The notes under the pieces were generated by a model. It ran no database searches. It was not told the DNA's origin and saw only the letters and a program-made list of their open reading frames with translations. Shown piece by piece: positions 38,216-64,000 of a stretch of DNA of 64,000 bases; position 1 is the stretch's first letter, and each line of letters starts with the position of its first letter. The DNA is taken from contig CAVNZM010000002.1 of NCBI GenBank assembly GCA_963693365.1, positions 5,038,259 through 5,102,258 of the forward strand, read 5' to 3'. Origin of the DNA: Amoebidium appalachense (lineage: Eukaryota > Protista > Ichthyosporea). The translations under genes and the position numbers were made by a program.

Positions 38216-39479
38216 TGTGTGTGCGCGTGCGCGCGTGTGTGCATTTTTTTTTGTGTGTGTGTGCGTATGTGTGTGTGGTACATGCACGCTTGTGTCTGTG
38301 TATCCGTGTGGGATGGGATGGGGGGGGAGGAGGGGGGGGGGGGGGGGGAAGTGGGGGATTCACAAAATCTTGTGTCAAGAAGCTTGAAAGAAAAAACGTA
38401 TAAAACCTGCAAAACACGAAGAAAAAGGGAACCGAAACACGTCGGAAAGAGACGCTCGAACAAAGCCCGTCTTCCAAAAGGTTCCTCTACCTCCACAAAG
38501 AATGGAGGTTGACACTATCTGTCGAGCGCCAATCCCAACCCGTCCTTTATTTCAACGACAACAGACAATGCAACCCACCAAGGCCAAAGACGACAGGGCT
38601 GTTGAAGGAGCAACAGTTCCAAAAACATAGGTTTATGCTGTATGCCAGCTAGTGCAGTGGCAAGGAGTGGGAATAAGTGAGGAGCAAAAGTGTGAGAGAG
38701 TGTGAGCGCAAGAACGAGAGGGAGGGAGGGAAGGAGAGAGGGAGGGAGGGAGGGAGGGCGGGTGGGAGGGAGGGAGGGAGAGGGTCAGAGAGAGTGAGAG
38801 ATAGAGAGAAAGAAAGGGAGAGGAGGCAAAGGAAGGAGGGGAGGGGGGAAAGGGAGGAACACAGCGGGAGAACGGGGGCACAGGACTGATCATCGTTGTT
38901 TATTGAAACTTATCACTTTGTGGTTACTACTGATGGGTGATACGTGATACGTCATCTTGGGAGAAGACATGGTATAAGCGTGAATGTGTGATATTTCAAC
39001 GGGCTAACCAGCATAAAAAAGGAAAAGCGGGTGAGATATCACGTACTGTCTGCGACGTACATCTTCATCAGATCCAACTCTTTCTCCGTCAGCCCGTGCT
39101 TGTGCATGTCGTGCCTGGTCAGCTCAACCTCGTGCTTGTCAAGCAGCCAATGGTTGCTGTGCGTTAAAATTTATAATTAACACTGGTTGGATATGACCTC
39201 TCATGGGTGAGGAGGAGAGCAAGAGTGGGCATAACAGAGGGTGATGGAGGGGGAGAGGAGGGGGGAAGAGGGGGGGGGGGGGAGGGTGGGTGGGCGGGTG
39301 GGTGGGTGGGTGGGTTTTGGGGGGGTGGGGGGGGGGGGGGGGGGGGGTGGGGACGGGAGGGGGCATCAAAGGTGGTGAGAGAAAGAATAAAGAGAAACGA
39401 CACATTTCCAGGATCAACTGGTTGTGCGCTCTGTGTGGGGAGGAGGTAAAAGCGGGGAAAGGGAGAGAGGGCGTGTGTG

Positions 39480-39518
<39 letters not shown>

Positions 39519-39821
39519 GTACACAATAGAGGGGAGGGTGTGTGAAAGATATAAAGGGGGGGGGGGGGAGGGGGGGAGGTGGGTTTGAGAAGGTGGGGGG
39601 TTGGATTGGGTTGGGGGGGAGGTAGGGAGGGACGGAGGTGGGGGAAGGTGGGGGAAGGAAGGTAGAAGGGGAGGGAGGAACAAGGAGAGAGAGAGAGAGA
39701 GGTAAGAAGGGAGAAACATACGAGAGAGAGAGTGAGAAACATGAAAGGAAAACATGTTTGAGAAAGGGGCGTTATTACTTCTACCAAAAACAGGAGGATT
39801 ACGGGGTACCATTACTAGGTT

Positions 39822-39858
<37 letters not shown>

Positions 39859-40015
39859 CGACCCCGTTGGGTGAAAGCGACGGGAAGAAGGGTTTGATAA
39901 CTAACGAAAAAACAATGTTAAGCTGCAACTGCAAACTGTGCATGGTTAACCCTCGTGCACGACAAGGCACCACACCTTTTGATGTTATATGGGTAGTCGT
40001 GTGACTTGTTTGCAG

Positions 40016-40054
<39 letters not shown>

Positions 40055-40378
40055 TGTGTGTGTGTGCTCGCGCGCGGGGTACGCACGTGTTAACTAGCTC
40101 TCTCCCATCCGGTTGCATATGCTTGTGTGTGTGGGTGAATGTTCACGTGCAACAGTAGACCTGTGAGCGTGTGAGGATGGACAGCCGTTTTGCAGGTGAC
40201 AGCAGTGCTTGGGTAAACACAAGCTAACGCAAGTATACGTGTGTGCACGTGGTTTGAAGCGTACACTGCACGATCTTTTTCCTCTTTCTTTCTCCGCTTC
40301 TCGTTTTTGCTAGAGAAAAAGATTTAGGGGATAGGTTTTGACCCACCAGTGGGATGAAACCCAAAAGTTGCCAGCCAT
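34096..40378 (-). CDS. CCNC: Cyclin C, complement(join(34096..34184,34512..34584,34858..35035,35581..35677,36273..36362,37408..37529,38040..38124,39047..39156,40347..40378)), 291 aa
   Basis: [75 protein letters not shown] and WFAELNVD. Nine exons with phase-consistent GT-AG introns. Confidence 0.96.
38395..38615 (-). mobile_element. Diverged copy of the same repeat family, cyclin C intron 2
   Basis: Minus strand CCCTGTCGTCTTTGGCCTTGGTGGGTTG...GGAAGACGGGCTTTGTTCGAG has the same motif order and similar spacing to copies A and B. Confidence 0.55.
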
Positions 40379-40879
40379 TTTCTCTGAGTGTAGTACGTGA
40401 AAAACTATGAAAGTGTGACAGAAGAGATGTAAAACAAAAGTCCTGATAATCTGACAAAAACAGCTTTTATAATCTTGGTTAGTTCTGTGGAATTAGGAAC
40501 AATAGCGGTGTGTGTATGTGTTTGTGCGTGTGCGCGTGTGTGTTTGTGTGTGTGTATGTGTATGTGTATGTGTGTGTGTATGTGTGTGTGTGTGCGTGTG
40601 CGTGTATGTGTGCGTGTGCGTGTGCGTGCGTGTGCGTGCGTGCGTGCGTGTGTGTGTGCTGTGTGTGTGTGTGTTCTGTGTGCAAATGTGTGTGTTTGTG
40701 TGTGTATGTTTGTGTGTGTGTGTGTGTGTGATTGTTTATGAGTGTGTGTGTGTAAGAGAGAGGGTATGTGTGTGTCTATGTACGTGTATGTATGCGTGCG
40801 TGGGCGGATCCGTGCACAAGTGCCTGTGCGTGTGCGTGGTTGAGTGTGTGTGTGTGTGTGTTTGTGTGGAAAGGTAGTA

Positions 40880-41634
40880 TATAACAATAACCTATTCTAA
40901 ACCAGCTTGCACTGGGAATAATGGCTTTCAGTGTCAAACTCCAAACATCGATAAGACACCTATATGTGGCACTAGCAACTAAATAGCCTTGGTGTGTGCA
41001 TGGGCAATTTAGTTGTTAGCCTGAGAGAGAAAGAATAGGGTCTAGAATGTATTGAGCCTGCGAGCCTGAGAAACCTTCCCAGGCTACGTATACATAGCGC
41101 TGCGCCTTTCAGTCACCGAAGTCCATACGGAGTGGCTCAGCGAAACGGGTTTGCGCAATCAGTCAAACTGTTTCACTTGTTTTTCACGATGTAGGCTCAG
41201 AAGTGAAGTAGACGGAAAAGAAGGACGTCAAGCTTTTTGGAAAGGAGGGAGAGGTGGAAAGATTGAAATTTGGTATCGAATTTAAGCTGTGTGCTTGTGC
41301 CCAAGGGCACTTCTAGGCACTTTGATGTTCTGCAAGTCTATAATTCGCACGGGGATTTTAGTAGAGTTAGGGTTGTTCAAAGTCATCTGTCTCAGGCCCT
41401 TATGTAACAGCAAACCAAAGACCAAGTGCCCCTCATAGACAGCTGGATCCGCACAAGAGGAATTACGAGCTCAGACTGTCAGATTCAAACAAGCTCTTTC
41501 ATTTTTGTTTGCATGTCGTTTATTTATTCTGTGCCCCACAGCCCCTCATTCGCCAGAACACAAACAACTCAAGTTCTATCTTCCGCGCCGTGGGGTATCA
41601 CTTAACCCTTCATCTTTCATTTCATGTTTCCAAC
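40880..41634. promoter_or_regulatory. Probable shared divergent promoter region (cyclin C / FIG4)
   Basis: Repeat-free stretch between head-to-head genes. An acceptor-like CACTCAG just upstream of the cyclin C ATG and a (CA)n field at 40508-40868 suggest a 5'-UTR intron. Confidence 0.45.
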
Positions 41635-63224
<21,590 letters not shown>

Positions 63225-64000
63225 GTATTGTGCCCACGCCCTCCCCCCCCCCCCCCGCTCACACACACACACACACACACACGCACACACACACACACAC
63301 CCCTTTCCTCTTCCCCTCCCCCCCCCCCCCCACCCCCCATGCACAGGCATGCACTCGCACGCCCGTGCAGTGTGCATACAGGCGCAAAGTGTGTGCACGT
63401 ACAGACATACTTACACCTGCACGTGCGTGCACATGTACGCGCCACCATTCTTCACAAGTTTCGGAGTTAAAATTTAGAGAAAAGTGTAAGAAAGAGATAC
63501 CCCGGCCAGTTTTTCTGAGTCAATCGCCCTTTGCATATGTTTTACATGCGTGCTTAAACATAACAAGGGTTGATATCCACCCTTCGCCCCTCCTACTCCT
63601 CCTCCCTGCGTCTCCTTTGTTCCTCCAACTTAAAAATGACGTGTCTCAAAGAGTATTTCTTTTAACATCCTTTGATTCTGCATGGGTGCATGAGAACCCC
63701 GATATGCACATATTTTTCTGTAGCATATTGATAACATCTTGGTTTTCGTGAATATACTTAACCCCTGTGCGCCAGCGTCATTTTTCTTGTACATGAAAAG
63801 GGTTATCTTTTTGCATAGAAGTACATAATCGTTGGAATAGATAAGTCTACATTTGTGCATGAATCGAAATGTCCTTCGTGTGTATTGATATATTTATTGG
63901 GGTTTACGCTGTTTGCTCGAGGCAAAGAGAGATTAGTTTCAGGTATGGGGGGTTTTGCTCGATATATCCCCTCAGTGTTATATCATGAACAGGTACATAG

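Overview
Eukaryotic nuclear DNA, very rich in introns and simple repeats: poly-C/G, (CA)n and (CT)n. Animal-like SAYSD1, ANKRD39 and cyclin C sequences suggest an opisthokont, possibly a unicellular holozoan; this is inference only. Almost all ORFs in the supplied track are translations of microsatellites. I assembled seven spliced genes by hand with phase-consistent exons: SAYSD1 (+), a POT/PTR peptide transporter (+), an uncharacterised protein with a putative transglutaminase-like Cys-His-Asp triad (-), ANKRD39 (+), SDHD (-), cyclin C (-) and FIG4 (+, at least 26 exons, apparently running off the window). Four signals stand out. (1) A dispersed 250-280 nt element occurs in about 12 or more diverged copies. 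It has apparently covarying stems and conserved GGTCGAAAC and CTGA(T/G)GATGG motifs, often ends at a poly-C run, and is always co-oriented with the host or nearest upstream gene. (2) Several 3' splice sites have (CA)n or A-rich tracts where a U-rich polypyrimidine tract would normally be. (3) The FIG4 Sac domain carries an extra folded-looking segment. (4) One FIG4 exon next to the catalytic motif has an unresolved reading frame. All family assignments are from motif recognition; no searches were run.
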